Positions 61,615-64,000 of a stretch of 64,000 bases of DNA are shown piece by piece. The notes beneath the pieces are model-generated. The model saw only the letters and a program-made list of their open reading frames with translations. It was not told the origin of the DNA and ran no database searches. Both the position numbers and the translations under genes were made by a program. The first letter of the stretch is position 1; every line of letters starts with the position of its first letter. This DNA is from an uncultured Actinomycetes bacterium (GTDB taxonomy: Bacteria; Actinomycetota; Thermoleophilia; RBG-16-64-13): positions 1,696,001-1,760,000 of the forward strand of contig CAWJDT010000001.1 in the NCBI GenBank assembly GCA_963841735.1, given 5' to 3'.

Positions 61615-62784
61615 ATGTTCGCGGAGACCGTATATCTCGACAACTCGGCCGCTACCCGACTTGACGAGCGCGTGCTCGAGGCCATGAAGCCGTTCTTCTT
61701 CGAGAAATTCGCGGTGGCCACTTCAGAGTTCGGATACTCGTTGGGCATCGAGTCCAAGGAGGCTCTCGATGAGGCCCGGGCTTCGCTCGCGCACAGATTG
61801 GGAGCGCAGTCCGAAGAGTTCGTGTTCACTTCGGGCAGCACCGAGTCCAGCAACATGGCCCTCAAGGGAGTGGCTCTGGCTCTGGGGGAGAAGAAGGGCC
61901 GGCACTTGGTGACGTCGCGCATCGAGGACTTTCAGGTCTTAAATACCGGGGCGGCGCTTGGCAGAGCAGGCTTTCAAGTGACCTTGTTGGACGTCGATGG
62001 CGATGGACTGGTGGACCCGGCGGCGGTGGACAAAGCCATCACGCCCGAGACGATCCTGGTGTCGGTACAGCATGCCAATCAGGAGATTGGGACGATCCAG
62101 GATATCGAGAGCATCGCGAATATCTGCCGTGCCAAAGGGGTCTTGTTCCATACCGACGCTACCCATAGCTTCGCGCGGCTGCCTCTCGACGTGAATCGCA
62201 TCCCGGTCGACCTCGTGACGGTGGCCGGGCACACCATACACGGGCCGAAAGGGACGGGAGGCCTGTATGTGCGCTCCGGGACTCCCCTGGGCAAGTGGAT
62301 GGACGGAGGGTTCCAGGAGTCCAACCGCCGGGCCGGAGTGGAGGATATCGCAGGGGCGGTGGGTTTCGCCACCGCCGCCGAATTGATCACAGAAGAAGAG
62401 AACCAGAGACTGCGCGAGCTCCGCGACCGGCTGCTTGGGCGTGCCTTGAGCGAGATCCCGTACACCGTTCTAAATGGGCACCCAACCAGGCGCCTGCCGC
62501 AGAATGCCAATATCACGTTCCACTATGTCGAGGGGGAGTCGATCACTCTACAGCTCGACATGCGAGGCTTTGCCGTGAGCACCGGTTCTGCCTGCTTCAG
62601 CAAGTCGCTTGAGGCCAGCCACGTGATCATGGGCATCGGCGGGGATCACGAACGGGCACACGGGTCTGTTCGTTTCAGCTTGAGTCGCTACAACAATGAA
62701 GCCGACGTGGACGGGGTGATAGACGCTATCGCCGAAGTGGTGGCCGAGTTACGCGCCATCAGTCCGCTTACGCCCAAGGACTAA
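61615..62784 (+). CDS. iscS: IscS/NifS-like protein lacking the PLP Schiff-base lysine
   Basis: YLDNSAAT, FTSGSTES.N, ANQEIGTIQ, HTDAT, GH-T-IHGPKG, GGFQE..RRAG, STGSAC, SHV, GSVRFS. Confidence 0.9.
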   Translation: MFAETVYLDNSAATRLDERVLEAMKPFFFEKFAVATSEFGYSLGIESKEALDEARASLAHRLGAQSEEFVFTSGSTESSNMALKGVALALGEKKGRHLVTSRIEDFQVLNTGAALGRAGFQVTLLDVDGDGLVDPAAVDKAITPETILVSVQHANQEIGTIQDIESIANICRAKGVLFHTDATHSFARLPLDVNRIPVDLVTVAGHTIHGPKGTGGLYVRSGTPLGKWMDGGFQESNRRAGVEDIAGAVGFATAAELITEEENQRLRELRDRLLGRALSEIPYTVLNGHPTRRLPQNANITFHYVEGESITLQLDMRGFAVSTGSACFSKSLEASHVIMGIGGDHERAHGSVRFSLSRYNNEADVDGVIDAIAEVVAELRAISPLTPKD

Positions 62785-62798
62785 GGAGGCAAACAAGG

Positions 62799-63434
62799 AT
62801 GGCATTCCCCTACAACGACAAGGTGCTGGAGCATTTCCGTCACCCCCAGAACGTCGGCAAGATAGAGGACGCCGACGGGGTCTCCACAGAAGGCAGCCCG
62901 GCCTGTGGGGACATGGTCTCGCTATCCATAAAGGTGAATCCAGAGACAAAGGTGCTCGAGGACGTCAAGTTCGAGTCGTATGGATGCGCGTCGAACATCG
63001 CCACCGGTTCTATCATCACCGAGTTGGCCAGGGGCAAGACCATCTCGGAGGCGAAGAAGATCAGCTGGAAACAGGCGTCAGAAGAGCTGGGCGGGCTTCC
63101 GGCGATCAAGGCGCATTGCTCGGTGCTGGCCGTCGAGGGTCTGCGTGCTGCAATACGTGACTACGAAGAGAAGAACGGCCTGGTCGAGGAGCGCGAACCT
63201 ACCACTGAGGCTGTGGTCAAACGTCGCCTTCGGCACGTGATGAACCCGCTGAAAGGTCTTGACGTAGTGCGCACGGATTTGATCAAAGAGATCGAGGTCA
63301 AGGACGGCGTGGTGCGGGTAGTGGCCGACCTGGCCCCGGACCACCAGTTCGCGGCTGTGATCAAGGCGGACATCGCCGAGAAGATCCAGCCTCTCTGGGA
63401 CGTGAACGAGGTGGTCATCAAGTTCGTGGGATGA
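62799..63434 (+). CDS. iscU: IscU/NifU-N scaffold fused to a C-terminal DUF59-like domain
   Basis: YNDKVLEHF.HPQNVG, PACGD, YGCASNIA, LGGLPAIKAHCS; ~80-aa C-terminal DUF59-like region. Confidence 0.9.
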   Translation: MAFPYNDKVLEHFRHPQNVGKIEDADGVSTEGSPACGDMVSLSIKVNPETKVLEDVKFESYGCASNIATGSIITELARGKTISEAKKISWKQASEELGGLPAIKAHCSVLAVEGLRAAIRDYEEKNGLVEEREPTTEAVVKRRLRHVMNPLKGLDVVRTDLIKEIEVKDGVVRVVADLAPDHQFAAVIKADIAEKIQPLWDVNEVVIKFVG

Positions 63435-63608
63435 GAGATGCCGAGGGCCACTTCTCCACCGAGGGGCGTCCGAGTCGACCGTGCTGAGTCTGGCGACATC
63501 CTGGTGACGGACTGTTCTGGCTGCGCTATCGCCCGGTTGGGTTATGATTCCAGTCATGTCGACCTCTAGCTCATCATCTAGCGGCCTGTCTGGGGCAGAG
63601 TGAACGGG

Positions 63609-64000
63609 ATGGTGGCCGTCTGGGTGATCGTCTTCGTCGTGTCCCTCGCCGCTCTGGTCAAGTCGGCCGATTGGTTTACCGAGGGCGCGGAGGAACTCGG
63701 CGTATTTCTGGGCATGCCCACGTACGTGGTCGGTCTTACGATCGTCGCCATGGGCACATCCTTACCCGAATTGGTGAGTTCCATCTTCGCAGTCGCTCAG
63801 GGTTCTCCCGAGATCGTGGCCGGCAACGCGGTCGGTTCCAACATGACGAATATCTGCTTGGTTTTGGCCGTCGGGGCGATCATCGGCGGACGCTTGTTCG
63901 TGGCTCGCGAGATCGTGAAGATCGATCTACCTATGCTCGCGAGTTCGACCGCGCTCCTGGGCCTGGCCGCTTTGGATGGAACGATCAGCCGAGGCGATGG
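63609..64000 (+). CDS. Ca2+/Na+ antiporter (YrbG family), runs off the window end
   Basis: Translated by hand: KSADWFTEGA..GLTIVAMGTSLPEL..GNAVGSNMTN. Confidence 0.9.
   Translation, partial: MVAVWVIVFVVSLAALVKSADWFTEGAEELGVFLGMPTYVVGLTIVAMGTSLPELVSSIFAVAQGSPEIVAGNAVGSNMTNICLVLAVGAIIGGRLFVAREIVKIDLPMLASSTALLGLAALDGTISRGD

Overview
GC-rich bacterial chromosome segment. The ispE–tRNA-Gln–glmU–prs–rplY–pth–mfd–mazG–eno–divIC–DUF501/ppx–tRNA-Leu order points to Actinomycetota. The flavodiiron protein, Sec-containing SelD, DsrE/TusA and CWB2 surface protein suggest an anaerobic deep-branching lineage (inference). Many genes in the first ~20 kb are split by single-base indels and none were seen after that, most likely long-read assembly errors. 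Main highlights: (1) a ParA translationally coupled to an FtsZ outside the dcw cluster, with a ParB/Spo0J-like N-terminal peptide; (2) a tusA–dsrE–iscS*–iscU/DUF59 operon whose IscS lacks the PLP lysine; (3) a MITE family with one copy inserted in frame in metG and another abutting the metG promoter; (4) a ~150-nt rod-shaped, 6S-like ncRNA candidate; (5) SelD with UGA plus SECIS; (6) three tandem zinc-ribbon–CD225/dispanin genes; (7) a decayed island at tRNA-Leu. All calls come from reading motifs by eye; no database searches were run.
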